A DNA stretch of 64,000 nt, taken from NCBI GenBank assembly GCA_013239625.1, contig MU054001.1, positions 5,505,078-5,569,077 of the forward strand, in the 5' to 3' direction. The notes below the pieces were generated by a model, which saw nothing but the letters and a program-made list of their open reading frames with translations, ran no database searches and was not told the origin of the DNA. Positions 51,561 to 64,000 of this stretch are shown piece after piece. The stretch's first letter is position 1. Every line of letters begins with the position of its first letter. The position numbers were made by a program, and so were the translations under genes. The DNA comes from Lama guanicoe. Taxonomy: Eukaryota.

Positions 51561-53079
51561 AAGGAAAGAGAAAGACTTTATTAAAAATAGAAATTTAGAT
51601 GAAAAAAGAGAGGTAGTCAAAGGAATTTACATATGTTGGCCTCTGGGCTCTGATAAAATAATGTCTTTTATTAAGAGTGAGAAGAGTAACAGAAATGAGG
51701 TTGGGGACCAGAAGAGTGAAGATAAAATTGCTCAGAAGAGCTGAAAGTTTTGGAAGCTTTAGGATTTCAGAAATTTATAGATGTAATGGGGATGATGTCT
51801 AGGTAGACTTTGAGTGTGGCCCCTGGTCCTGTTTCCAGAAGTACACTCAGGTGAGCATGTAAGGGTCACTGCAGAGTAGTTAAGGTACCCCTCCTGGGAA
51901 AGAACTTGTAGGCATTTTAGAAATGAGATTGAGGAGGAAGATGAAACAGAAAGCAAACGTAGGAAGTACATTGGAAAAATGATTAAAATGGTTACTTTAA
52001 TTTTATAGCCATACTGTTAATTTAAGTAGCCAGGTAGAGACATGTTAACAGTGGACCGGCTATAGATTTGTAAGTTAATGATATTGAAAGTTTGTTTTTT
52101 TTAAGGCACTTCTAATTTATATACATTCTGTAGGACTCACGTATCGGTGTATCTGTAATGTATTAAGAGCCTCCTTGCCTGCATAGTTTCTCCTTCCTCA
52201 CTGATTTGCGGTGGACTTGAGTATCTTCTTTTGTACTGTGCCAGGGCACAGTTATGCTCTTGGCAGCTGCCAGATCTACACTCATGATAGCTGATCTCAA
52301 GTTGCTATGTTTTTAAACTATTATATCTTCCTTAAATTTATTTTTACACCTGTGTTGTCAGTTATCATTTGCTGTTGTGAACTCTGCAGGTAGCGCCTTA
52401 TGCTGTTCCTTTTATACCTTCACTCAGCTGCTTCAAACCAAATGTGATCCAGGAAACAGCTGATAAAGCCCCTCGAGTGTGTGCCCATAATAGATGGTAG
52501 ATGGTGAACAGTGGTGCCAAGAACCTTTTCCCCAGGTCAGACTTGCAGACTCTTGAATAGCCACTATGATCCTTTCTGGTTTTAGCTATGTTCTGAATGG
52601 CAAAGTTTGGCAGGAGCTTCTCTCTGAATTCTAGAAATGTTGTGAGTTGAAAAGAGCTGAATTTTTAGAAGGCAGAATGACAGAAATTCATTTTGCCATA
52701 TGAAAGGGAAATTATTTATAGAAATATACTCCTCCCCGTTTTTTTTCTTAGAAGTCTGAGTAAAGTAAACATGAACATTGCAGGATGGGGGAAACAGTTT
52801 TTGACTAAAACTCAAATGTTCAGATACCACATACAGTCAAATGCAAATGATGACTGTTTGGATCCACAGAATCTTTCTCATCAATACAACTGATGGTCAA
52901 ACATCTAGAATGTGATAATACGGTATGGTATGCTTGTATACCCTAGGCTATAAAAATCAGTTGTTGCTACTTAGTAATTCCTAAGAGTAAATTATTAATG
53001 AAAGACGTGAGTCTGAATCTCAAGTGATAATTACACATGGTTGAAACAAATCAGGTAGTTCTGAGGGGTTTCATGGTAA

Positions 53080-54900
53080 AGAATAGCAGGCCCTAGCTTC
53101 TACCCCACCCGTTTCCTAGAGGCAACTACTTTTAACTGTTTTTAGCTATCTGTTCTAATGTTTATCTAAATAATTATAAATAATATACTGCTGTTTCTTA
53201 TCATTTTTAAGTATCATTCACTTTAAGATAGATGATGAGAAAAAAAAAAGATAGATGATGAGATGAAAAACTACCCCCATTTTCTCAATTGCTGTGGTCT
53301 GAATGTTTGTTTCTCTTCAGAATTCATTATGTTGAAATCCTAATGTCCAATGTGATGGTATTAGGGGAATGGAGCCTTTGGAGGATGAGTGGGTCCTGAG
53401 CACAGAGCCCTCGTGGATGAGATAAATACCATTAGGAAAGAGCCCCAAGAGAGCTCCATTGCCCTTTCCACCATGTGAGGATACAGCAGGAAGTCTGCAG
53501 CCTGGAAGAGGGCCCTTTCCTAACCGTGCTGGCACCCTCATCTTGCACTTCCAGCCTCCAGAGTTGAGAGAAATAAATTTCTGTTGTTTGTAAGGCACCC
53601 TGTCTGTGCTATTTTGTTAGAGCAGCCTGAGCAGACTAAGACACCAACATGGTTTTTTTGTTTGTTTGTTTAGTTAAAGCATGAAACAGGGTTTATGTAA
53701 TTATAACATATAAATGCTACTCATTATGAAGCCAACCAAGTACTTTATTACATTGTGCTCTGTTTCTGGTACAGCTTTTTATTTTTCCTGGAATTTGTGT
53801 CTGCTCTGTTCTTGTCTACTTATGAAATTTGCTTTAATCACATCCCTATTATTTAACAAGTAATCCTTTATATCGACTATTCTTTGAGCCTCCTTTTTTG
53901 GGAGATCATCCCTGGATCCCTCTTCTCCCTCCAATCAGCTGATTGCTCAGCTTATCTGCTGCACAGCTATAATCTTTGGACTTACATTTGCCACTTTGGG
54001 ATGGAATTTACTCATTACTTCATCACCCATATTTTGGTGGGCTTCATCTTAAAATAGTTTCTCAAAAATCCATGGCAGTAATTTTCTCAGCCTTTAGCAA
54101 GTGTCTCTATTCTGCTCTATATTTGGTAAGTTATGTGGATGGTATACAATTATAGATTGACAATCATTTTCTCTTTCAAATGCATTGCTACCCTTCCCCA
54201 CCCCCCCACCCCCCATCCCGTTTCCACCCTGCCCCCAGGATTTTTCCTTTTGTGGGCTTTTAAGAAGTAATCATGCTTGGGTGTTCTGTGAACCCTTTCA
54301 AGATGGGATCTGTGTGCATTGGCTCCCAAACAGGACTTAGTGTAATTTTTTTCACTTATTACGCATGAGGGTCTTACATATTTTAGTTTCAGGAAATTAT
54401 TTGTGTTGTTTCTTTATTAGCTGTCATTCTACTTTTAGAAATGCCAGTTCTTGAGATTTAGGATATCCTAAATGGACCTTTAAAGTCTCTTTTCTCTCAA
54501 TGCTTTTTTTCTTTTTCTGGTACTTTTGGAGAGATTTCTTCCACTTTGTCTTTCAGTTCTTCTATTGATTTTTACTTTGGCCGTCATATCTTTAACTTAC
54601 TAGTAATTCTTATTCTGATTATTTTCCTTTCTGTTTTAACATTTTGATTGCTGTTTTGTGAATTCATTATATCTGGTTTGAAAGCACTAATTAAAATTTT
54701 CTTGAAGTTTTCTTTTCTGCCTGCTTTACCTAGTTTCCTCCAGTTTTTCTGTATTTTGTGTTCTGCTTTCTTGGTTTCTGTCTTCATATTTGTCAGACTT
54801 TTGTTACGGATTTTTTTTTTTTTTAATGATTCATACCAAATCTGAAGAGCCAGTTGGAAGCTTTGTGTCTGGGCAGGATCTGTTGATGGGTAGGCTTTAC
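53080..54900 (-). mobile_element. Ancient antisense L1ME/HAL1-like remnant
   Basis: T-rich + strand. The 3'-end-like motif cctagaggcaactacttttaact sits at about 53115, with ORF1-like degenerate sequence at 54000-54850. Confidence 0.4.
53290..53643 (+). mobile_element. MLT1A-type MaLR solo LTR
   Basis: tgctgtggtctgaatgtt...ccagcctccagag...aataaatttctgttgttt...gactaagaca, with degenerate 5-bp flanks tcaat/ccaac. Confidence 0.88.
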
Positions 54901-55144
54901 GTTGGATGAGTCAGAGAATTAGCCCTTGTCTGAGAGTATGTTTGTTTTGGAAGTCTTTTATCTGGAGAAGAAACCTCTCCAGGTTGGCTCATTGTTGCTG
55001 GCATGCCACTGAGTGGATGTAATCAGCTTTTCTTATCCGGTAGCTGCATAGTAGTCTCACTTGTATTTGACTCATGTGAATCCAACACTTACTTATGCTA
55101 AATAGGCAGAATCACTTAAATATCAGCAGGCAGCAAGGAGAGGT

Positions 55145-58100
55145 TCCAGTTCTGAGTAAGATAGACTACACTGTCACTCCTACTGAACATAGTGATAAAA
55201 CCTGGACAGAATGCATGGGACAGCTATTTGTGGACTCTGAAGAGTAAACAGTAGCAGACAGATTGGGAAAGAAGACAAGAATTCAAAGTACCACCAAACC
55301 AGTGGTATGTTTGCCATTTTTCCCCCTCTGTCATCCCTCAGCCTGAACTCAACACAGCTTAACCAGGAATTGGAAATGGGCACTAGGGCACCCTAGAACC
55401 AGGAGAAGCCCTCTAGTTTTAACTCAAGGGGCAAGAAAATGGAGTAGCTAACATTGTGTGAAATCCGTTTTTGCTTTGGTTTTTCTTCATTCCAATACAC
55501 ACCAGCTTCCAAAAAAATCCCATGATGGTGGCAATGGGAGCTTGCAGGAGCCAAAATTCTTTTCTGATTGGTGGAGTTGTGGTCCCAAGAGGATGGGGCG
55601 AGCCTTGTTGCTTTCTCTCCCTCTCTGTCCTTTGGATGGACCCAGGCACAGTTGCAGAAGTGCAAGGTGAAGTGGGGTAACCAAAGCCCCAGCTTTCTGA
55701 CTAGAGGAATGAGAAGAGCCCAGGGAACTAGAAAACACTATAGAAAGATGGTAGGGAGGGAGGAGCCCAGGAAGATGACTCCATAAAAATTGTTTATGAT
55801 AATCCAGGTTCATCCCCAAGCTGCGTGCATCCATGGATCTACTCTTCGTCAGCACAACAAAGACTTTTAAGAGCTGAACTAATAGAAAACCACCATCCAG
55901 ATCCCAGATTGGCGACTGTAGGACAGATACAGATAGCTCTGCAGAGGCTTTAAAAACTGAACTGTTGGAATCACAGCTCACAGAAGACAGGGTACATCTT
56001 GCAGCCTGAATCTAACTAGGTCAGTTACCTGCTAGAACAGAAGTGGATCACGGATTTAAACAGACCCAGAACTCATAATACTCAAAATGGATGCAATACA
56101 AAATTATTAGCATATGAAGGACCAGGAAAATACCAACTCTCATGAGAAAGACAGTGGATGCCAAGATGACACAGATGTTGGAGTTATCTAACAAAGAATT
56201 TAAAACATGTATTAATCACAAGTACTCTAAAAACTAATAGAAAAATAGAAGTTTCAGCAGAGAAGTAGAAGATATAAAGAAGAACCAAGTGAGAAGTTTA
56301 AAACTGAAACGTACCTAAATAAAACTTCTCTGGACGAACTCAGTTTTAAAATTGAGATGACAGGGGAGGCAGTGAACTTAAAGACAGGACAACGGAAGTT
56401 ATCTAATCTGAACAAGAGGAGTAGAGAAGAAAGTATGATGCTAAAAAAAAAATTGGAGAAGTAATAACTGAAGACTTCCCAAATTTGGCAGAAGTTGTAA
56501 ACATAATGATTCAAGAAGTTGTGAACACAAACCTAATAAACTCAAAAGAATTCCACACCCAAACATGTCATAACCACACTGCTGAAAACTGAGGATGCGT
56601 TTAAAGTCATGAAAGCGTTGAGAGAAAAACACATTTCAGGGAACAACAATTAGAATAAGTACAGATTTCTCATCAGAAACTGTGGGGGCCAGAAAAATGG
56701 CACAATATTATTTAACTGGTGAAAAAAAAGAGTTCTCTGTCCAGTGAAATTATCCTTTGAGAATGAAAGTGAAATAAAGCATAATAAAGCATTCTCTGTT
56801 GAAGAAAAACTAAAGAGAAACTATTGCCAGTAGTCTGCTGCAAAAGAATTGCTAAAGGAAGTTCTTCAGACAGAAACTATATACTATATCTGGATAAATA
56901 TAATAGATCACTTTCTTCTGTTGAGTTCTTTAAAGTGAGTTAATGTGATTGAAAGTAAAATTTTTAAGTGTCTGATAGGATTTGAATGTATGTACCTATA
57001 ATTTATGAGATAGCTGTAACATACGAGGGAGGGCAAGGAGAATAGAGACCAGGGGTAAAGGAGCAGATATGATGGTGGTGTTCTAAAATTTATACTCACA
57101 GGATTTTAAGTTATGAAGGTGACTGAGTGGTGGCACAGAGAAGTCAATGCCATTGAAAGAAGACTTTGATGACCAGGGCCATAGGTGAAGCATCAGGTTT
57201 TTGGCAGGAGGCAGAAGCAGGAGCAAGGGGAAAGGAAAGGCAGGGCAGGGGTAGGGTAACCAGTTTAGGATTGACTAGTTTGGGTAATTTCTGCGGGCTT
57301 TGGGGGCATAGGAGCTGTCTTTAGTTATTTGGTACCTGGCCATGGCTTGATACAGGGCTTGAATTAAATAAGGAGATGGGTGAGGGCACAGCACTGCATC
57401 AGGCCACTGCACTTGAAAGGCATGCTCTAAGCAAGCTTTCCAGAGCTCCGAGGAATTAGCTAGCCTGGGAGGGTAAGAAGTCTCTCCCCAGGTCTGAAAG
57501 GCCTCCCAAAATGTCAAAACATCATAAAATGTAGAAAATAAAAAACATGAATAGTATGGGTGGTAAGGTTTGTACATTTCCTCTTGAAATGACAGACTGT
57601 TGATTGTAAGTGGACTGTGAAAATTAAATTATGTGTATTTTAATTGATAGCGTGACTACTTTAAAAACTATATAAAGAGATGCAATAAAAATGCAATACA
57701 TAAATTGTAATACTTTAAAATGTTTGTATAACACAAGAAGGTGAGAGAGGGGAAAAAAGAATTAAAAATAGGTAACACGCAAAAACAAATTAATGGTAAA
57801 CTTAAATCCAGATTTACCAAGAATTTCATTTAAAATTAAATAGTCTGAACACACCCATTTAAAAGAGATTGTCAGAATGGATTTTTAAAACAGCCAGACT
57901 ATATAGTGTCTTTAAGAAACTTATTTCAAATACAATGATATAAGTAAGTTAAAATGAAAAAGAGGGGAAAACATACTATGTAAACATTTATCAAAAGAAA
58001 GCTGGAGTGGCAATATTACCATCAGACAAAACGGTCTCCAGAGCAAATAGAAGGACAGTTCACCCAGAAGACATAACAATGTGAAATGTGTATATTCCTA

Positions 58101-61100
58101 ACCATAGAGCTGCAAAATAGATGAAACAAAAACTGGCAGAACTGAAGGGAGAAACTGACAAACCCACAATTATAGTTGGAGACTTCAGCATGCTTTTCTC
58201 AACAATTAATTGACCCATTAGACGGAAAATCAGCAAGGATTTAGGAGAGCTCAGCACCATCAACCATCCACGTTCTGATAGATGTTTATAGAACACTCTG
58301 CCCAATGACAGCAGAATATACACATTCCTTTCAAGTGCACACAGAACATATATCAAGATAGACCATAACGTGGGCATAAAACAAATCTCAACAAATTTGA
58401 AAGATGTGAAAGCATACAGAATGTGTTCTGACCACAAAAGAATCAGACTAGAAATCAGTAACAGAAAGATAACAAGAAAATCTCTTCCAAAATACCTGGA
58501 AACTCAACAACGCACTTCTGAATATTGAATAATTTGAAGAGAAATTTTGAAAATGCATTGAACTGAATGAAAATGAAAATGCTGCATATCAAAATTTGTG
58601 AGCTGTAGCTAAAGCAGTGCTGAAAGAGAAATTTATAACATACTGCATTAGAAAAGGAGAAAAGTCTCAAATCAATGATCTAAGCTTTCACCTATAGGAA
58701 CTAGAAAAAGATTCTCATAAAATATATCACTGGGTCGTCTAGGTTGTTTCACTAAAGAAGTCTATAAAGTGTTTTTAAACTAATTAACACCAATTCTACA
58801 CAGTCTCTTCTAGAAAATACAGAAGAGAACACTTCTTTACTCATTTGTAATCAGTATTTCCCCAGTGGTAAAACCAGACAAATGCAACACAAAAAAAGTA
58901 AAACTGCACACCAGGGTCCATCGTGATTATAGATGCAAAAATTCTTAACAAAATATAGCAAATAGAATCTATCAGTATATAAAAGAATTCGGCATTATGG
59001 CCAAGTGGTGATTATTCCAGGGATACAAGACTGGTTCAATATTGAAAAATCAGTCAATACTATCATACTAATAGGCTGAAGAAGTAAAATCATGAAATTA
59101 TATCAGTTGATATGGTAAAGCATTTAACAAGTTTTAACACCATGTTCATGCTCCTAGAAAAATAGGGATATAGGGTAACTTCCTTAACGTGAACAGAATA
59201 TCTAAAAAAAATCTCTAACTTCATGGTGAAAAACAATGTTTTCTCCATAGATTGTGAACAAAGCAAGCATATCAGCTCTCACCACTGCTCTTCAGCACAA
59301 TGTTGGAAGTTCTAGCAAGTGCCAAAAGGCAAGAAAAATAAAATATATATAAATCAGAGGGAAAAAATTGTAAGTGATATAATTGTCTGCATAGAAAATC
59401 CCAGGGAATCTAGAAGAAAAAAATCCTAGAATTAGAAAGAAGTTTGGCAGGATCACAGGATATATGATCAATATACAAAAAATCAATTGTATTTCTGTTT
59501 ATTAGCAATGAGCACACAGAAACCAAAATTAAAATATAGTGCCATGTTCAGATGCTCAAAAAAATGAAATAGTTGGGTGTAAATCTCACAAAGCCTGTGT
59601 ACGACTTATGTGCTCAAAACTATAAAACAGTGATGAAAGAAAGCAAAAATCTAGAGAAAGGGAGAGACATACCATGCTCATGCCTCAGAAAAGTCAGCAG
59701 ATGTCAGTTATCCTCAAACCAAAGTGCAAGTTTAACATAATTGCTAAATGCAAGTATTCTAGAAATGTATATGGAAAGACAAAGACACTGGAATAGCTAA
59801 GAACAATTTTTAAAGCAATAAAGTAGAAGTAATCACTATTCAATTTCAAGACATTACATAATTACAACAGTCAAGACTGTGTGGTATTGATGAAGGGACT
59901 GATTTGTAAGTCAGTGGAACAGAATAGGGAACCCAGGAATGGCCGCACACAAGTATGGCCAACTGATTTTTGACAAGCACGCAAAAGCAACTCAATAGAG
60001 AAAAGATGATCTTTTCAGGAAATGATGCTAGAGCAATTAGATATCCATAGGTAAAAAACATGAACCTCATACTAAACCTTACATTTGGTACAAAAATCAA
60101 CTCAAAATAGATTATAGATTTAAACATAAAACTTTTAGATAATAACATAGGCAAGATCTTAGGAATCTAGAGGGCTTGATGAAGAAAAAAACAATAAATG
60201 AGCTTCCTTAAAATTAAAAACTTTTTCTGTCACAAAAAGACCATGTTAAGAGGATGAAAAGACAGAGTACAGACTAGAAGAAAATATTTGCAAGCCTCAT
60301 ATCTGACAAAGGATTCATGTCTAGAATACATAAAGAACTCTCAAAACTCAACAGTAAAAACCACACAATCCAATTAGAAAATGGACCCAAGAAATGAGCA
60401 CTTCACCAGACAGGGAATATAGATGGTAAATAGAACATGCAGAGATGTTCAACATCAGTTGCCATTAGGGAAATACAAACAAAGACCATGATGAGATATA
60501 CTACACTCTTACTAGGATTTCTAAAATAAAAAATAGTGACAGTACCAAGTACTGGCAAGGATGGGGAGAAACTGGATCTCTCATACAGTGCTAGTGGGAA
60601 TGTGAAATGGTATGCCCATTCTGGAACATAGTTTGGCAGTTCCTAGAAAAACTAAACATGTTTTTACCACACCACCCAGCAGTTGACTCCTGAGCCTTTA
60701 TCCCAGAAATATGAAAATACAGGTCCACATAAAAACCTGTATGTGATTGTTCATAGCAGCTTTATTTGTAATAGCCTCCAAACAGGAACAACCAAAATAT
60801 GTTCCTCAGTAGACAGATGATTTAAAAACTGTAGTTCGTCCATGTCATGGAATAGGACTCAGTGGTAACAAGGAATGAACTATTGATACGTGCAACAACT
60901 TGGATGGATTTTAAGAGCATTATATTGAGTGAAAAAAAAAAGCCATTCTCAAAAGTCACATACTGTATAATTCTGTTTATATAAACATTCTTGAAGTTGC
61001 AAAATTATACAGATAAAAACAGCTGAGTGGTCACCAGGGGTAGAGATGGTAGGTGGAAGTGGAATAAACGTGTGACAATAAAAGGATAGCATGAAGGAAA

Positions 61101-61345
61101 TCTTTGTGGTGATAGAATAATTCTCTTTCTTGTTTGAAGTGGTATTTTCATGAATCTGCACATGTGATAAAATGGTGTAGAACTGTATACATACACCATA
61201 TCAATGTAAATGTCCTGGATTTGATTTTATAGTATAATTATATATGCTGTAATGATTGAAGGAAGCTGGATAAAGAGCACACAAAAATTTTATGTGCTAT
61301 CTTTGCAACTTCCTGTGAACCCTTCAAAGTAAAAATAAAAAACAA
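55145..61345 (+). mobile_element. Near-full-length old L1 (L1MC/L1MD-type), sense-oriented in intron 1
   Basis: 5' region, ORF1 remnants (56100-56870), ORF2 EN/RT/C-terminal remnants (57800-60900) and a 3' end (ttgcaacttcctgtgaa...aaaaataaaaaa). All frames are broken. Confidence 0.88.
57075..57556 (-). mobile_element. MER74-like ERVL solo LTR nested in the L1
   Basis: The reverse complement starts catgttttttattttctacatttt..gatgttttgacatt...ccctcccaggctagctaattcct, as in MER74-type LTRs. Confidence 0.65.
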
Positions 61346-61989
61346 CTTCAAACTACAGTCTAAATTCAGTATAAGTTCAAACAAGTGGTAGCAAAATATT
61401 GCCCATTTGGAGATCTTAAAGGATGCTGCCATCCGTATTTAACACTGTTTGCACATTCAGAAAAAAAGGACGATTGCTTACTGTACTTTTTTGTCTAACA
61501 CAATTACCATGTTACAAAAGTAGCTCTAGTAAACTGCTCTTTTAAAAAAAGCTCCTCTGTCCAGCACCAGTTACCTTTACTCTTTACCACCAAGCCCGCA
61601 AATATTCCAGGTTTATTGAGAAGGACATAAGGAAGCAAAGAACTCATAACTGAGCATCATAGTGCTCGGGTTGAGCTTTACCCCTTTATGTTTTCCTTAT
61701 ATTTCTAGTGTTTTGTCTCCTCATAGGAATTTTGTAGTTCTAAATGTGTGAACAGGAGTATGCACCTACTGTGTACACAAAGCAAGCATACATAGTAAGT
61801 ACAAGTTTGTAAAGCCTCATCATATCTGGTGCTGCACAGGTTGAACTTTTAAATAGCACCATTTTTGGTAACGCCATCCTAATTTTAGTTTAAAGCATGT
61901 ATCAGGTATTGCCAGGCTCATTTCTTACAACTGTCTGTCCAGAAGATTTTCACTGATAATTTAAGTAACAATGTTTATATTTTTTTGTA

Positions 61990-62200
61990 AGCATTTGTCA
62001 GACACTGTTGTCAGAACTTTACATTCATTATGTCATTGAATTTCCTCAAAACACTCGAGATTGCACTAGCCTTATCTTTCACAGTTGAAGAAACTGGGCT
62101 AAGAAGGGTTAGGTAACTTGAGCAAGGTCACAAGTTGTATGACTGGAATTTGAGCCTAGGAACAGACTCCAGTGCCCAAGTTATTAACAAGTATGTTCCA
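61990..62200 (-). mobile_element. MIR SINE
   Basis: cagttgaagaaactgggctaagaagggttaggtaacttgagcaaggtcaca...gaatttgagcctagg. Confidence 0.75.
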
Positions 62201-62971
62201 CTGTTGGTGTGAGTGCTCACATGTTTACTTGATTCACACTCTGTCTCTAGTAGCAAACTAATTGCTGAAGAACCCAGTTTCCTTTTCTTATGTGGTCAGG
62301 CCTCCTTCACTACCAGATTTCACTAGAAACTCTAGCTTTATATCTGAGAATGGCAGCACTGTTCAGCATTTTCTGGTTCTTTATATTTGGGGTCTACATT
62401 TAAATAGTCTGGTCTTGAAAAGCAGACATAAAACTATATAGAATATACATTGTTCCAGCCAGCTGGAAAAAATCTTTGTTAATTTTTAAATGTCTTCGAG
62501 AAATCAGTTTGTTTTATCTGGAAACAAAGTAGCAAAGCAGAAGTCAAGGTTTGTTCTGGAATAAATTGTTTGACTTCATTATCTTATCTCTTAATTATGT
62601 CATAGTAGTAATAAGTGACTTAGTAGCAAGCAGAGATGTGTATTCTGTATAGATGTAAATAAATCCAGTCTTGTCATTATCCACTGGGCAGCTGAGCAAA
62701 CCCCTAAGATCACATTGCAAGATACACTGTTGAAAATGTTACAACTACCTGCCTTTTAGACTATGATGCAAAGTTTTCAGTTCCTCTGTAAACAATTAAG
62801 CACCTTATACCTGCAATTTTAAGTATTTTAGTTAAAACATGTTTTTTTTCCAAAGATGTTAGCACGCTTTTGATTTTTGTGCAGCTTGATATTTGTAATT
62901 TCTTGTGTAACATAATGTGTGCTGTAAGGAGCTTTTGTAAATTGATCTAACTTCTTCTCTTCTCTTTGCAG

Positions 62972-64000
62972 GAGTATATTAAAGGGATCTGTGAACCTGA
63001 ACTGGAAGAAAGAGAATGTTACCCCAAGGCCATGCACTGCATTTTTGTTGGGGCACAGAGCCTGTTTCTCAAGAGCTTGATTCAGGACACCTGTGCTGAT
63101 CTCTGCATTCTGGACATCGGTCTTCTTGGCATCAGAGGAAGTGCCGAAGCTGTGGTCATGGCTCGAAGTCACATTCAGCAGTTTGTAAAGCTCTTTGAGA
63201 ATAACGAGAACCTGCCCAACAGCCAAAAAGAATCAGAAGTGAAAAGGGAATTTAAACAATTTGTTGAAGCTCATGCAGACAGTTACACAATGGACTTGTT
63301 GATTTTGCCCACTTCCTTGAAAAAAGAACTTTTGGCACTCACCCAAGGTGAGGAGAATCTATTTGAAACAGGAGATGATGATGTTATTGAAATTAGAGAT
63401 TCTCAACAAACAGAGTTTACACAGAATGCTGCCACGGGGTTGAATATTTCCAGAGATGAAATTGTTGTGCAGGAAGATGCAAGAAATAAAGCAGGGACTC
63501 CTGTTTCTGAGCTTACAAAACAAATGGACACAATCTTTTCTAGTTCACAAGATGTGCTTTTTGTTCCAATAAATGGTCTAACCCCAGATGAAGAGGCACT
63601 TTCCAAAGACAGAGTTTGTCACAAAAGGAGATTTTCTGATTCTGAAGAAAGGCATACCAAGAAACAGTTTTCTTTGGAAAATGTTCAAGAGGGAGAACTT
63701 TTACATGATGGGAAGACACCAGCTGGAAATGTAATCATTGACCTATCTGATTCTTCCACTGATGCTGAAAACTTAAGTCCAGATATAAAAGACACTACTG
63801 AGGAAATGGAATACAACATCCTCGTAAACTTTTTCAAAACCATGGGCTACTCCCAAGAAATTGTTGAAAAGGTCATTCGGGAGTATGGGCCATCCACTGA
63901 ACCATTATTGCTCTTGGAGGAAATTGAAAAAGAAAATAAAAGATTCCAGGAAAACAGAGAATATTCACCTGGTACCACGTATCCAGAGACCAGTAAAACC
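62972..64000 (+). CDS. N4BP1: N4BP1 exon 2, partial (343 codons to window end; second KH-like region, basic NLS-like stretch, UBA-like MGY motif)
   Basis: Branch-point-like TCTAAC at 62946-62951, then a polypyrimidine tract and ttgcag|GAG acceptor. The phase-0 frame reads EYIKGICEPELEERECYPKAMHCIFVGAQSLFLKSLIQDTCADLCILDIGLLGIRGSAEAVVMARSHIQQFVKLF...NFFKTMGYSQEIVEKVIREYG...PETSKT with no stop up to the window end. It joins exon 1 in frame. Confidence 0.97.

Larger units (their letters stand above)
38655..62971 (+). other. N4BP1: N4BP1 intron 1 (GT-AG, 24.3 kb, phase 0)
   Basis: Bounded by the GT donor and AG acceptor of the two exons. The spliced protein is continuous (HSAK|EYIKG). Confidence 0.93.

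Noticed and set aside
62828..63606. Minus-strand ORFs over exon 2
   Set aside because: Antisense shadows of the N4BP1 coding frame.
1..64000. CRISPR arrays, operons or prokaryotic defence systems
   Set aside because: The sequence is clearly mammalian. I saw no regularly spaced repeat-spacer array and no dense gene clusters.

Overview
Mammalian (eutherian) genomic DNA, rich in repeats. It is probably from a camelid: there is a short Vic-1-like tRNA-derived SINE and no recognisable Alu, B1, Bov-A or Can-SINE copy (inference). The only protein-coding gene I can support is the 5' part of N4BP1 (NEDD4-binding protein 1) on the + strand. It has a CpG-island promoter near 38.1 kb, coding exon 1 at 38457-38654, a 24.3-kb intron 1, and the large exon 2 from 62972, which runs off the window. 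The ORF track misses exon 2 because it has no stop in the window. Most of the rest is L1, L2, MIR, ERVL/MaLR LTRs and hAT (MER) fossils. The most unusual object is a 3-kb, TSD-flanked L1 derivative lying antisense in intron 1. It has a complete 5'UTR, ORF1, 3'UTR and A-tail but lacks almost all of ORF2 (half-L1/HAL1-like, possibly spliced), and it brings a candidate poison exon. Other leads are a MIR-embedded ISRE plus AP-1 site in intron 1, a two-codon uORF, a CTCF/NF-kB/AP-1 cluster 9 kb upstream, and a poly(A)-only retrotransposition footprint. I cannot support a wholly new multi-gene system here. Repeat family names are from visual recognition, and their boundaries are approximate unless TSDs are given.
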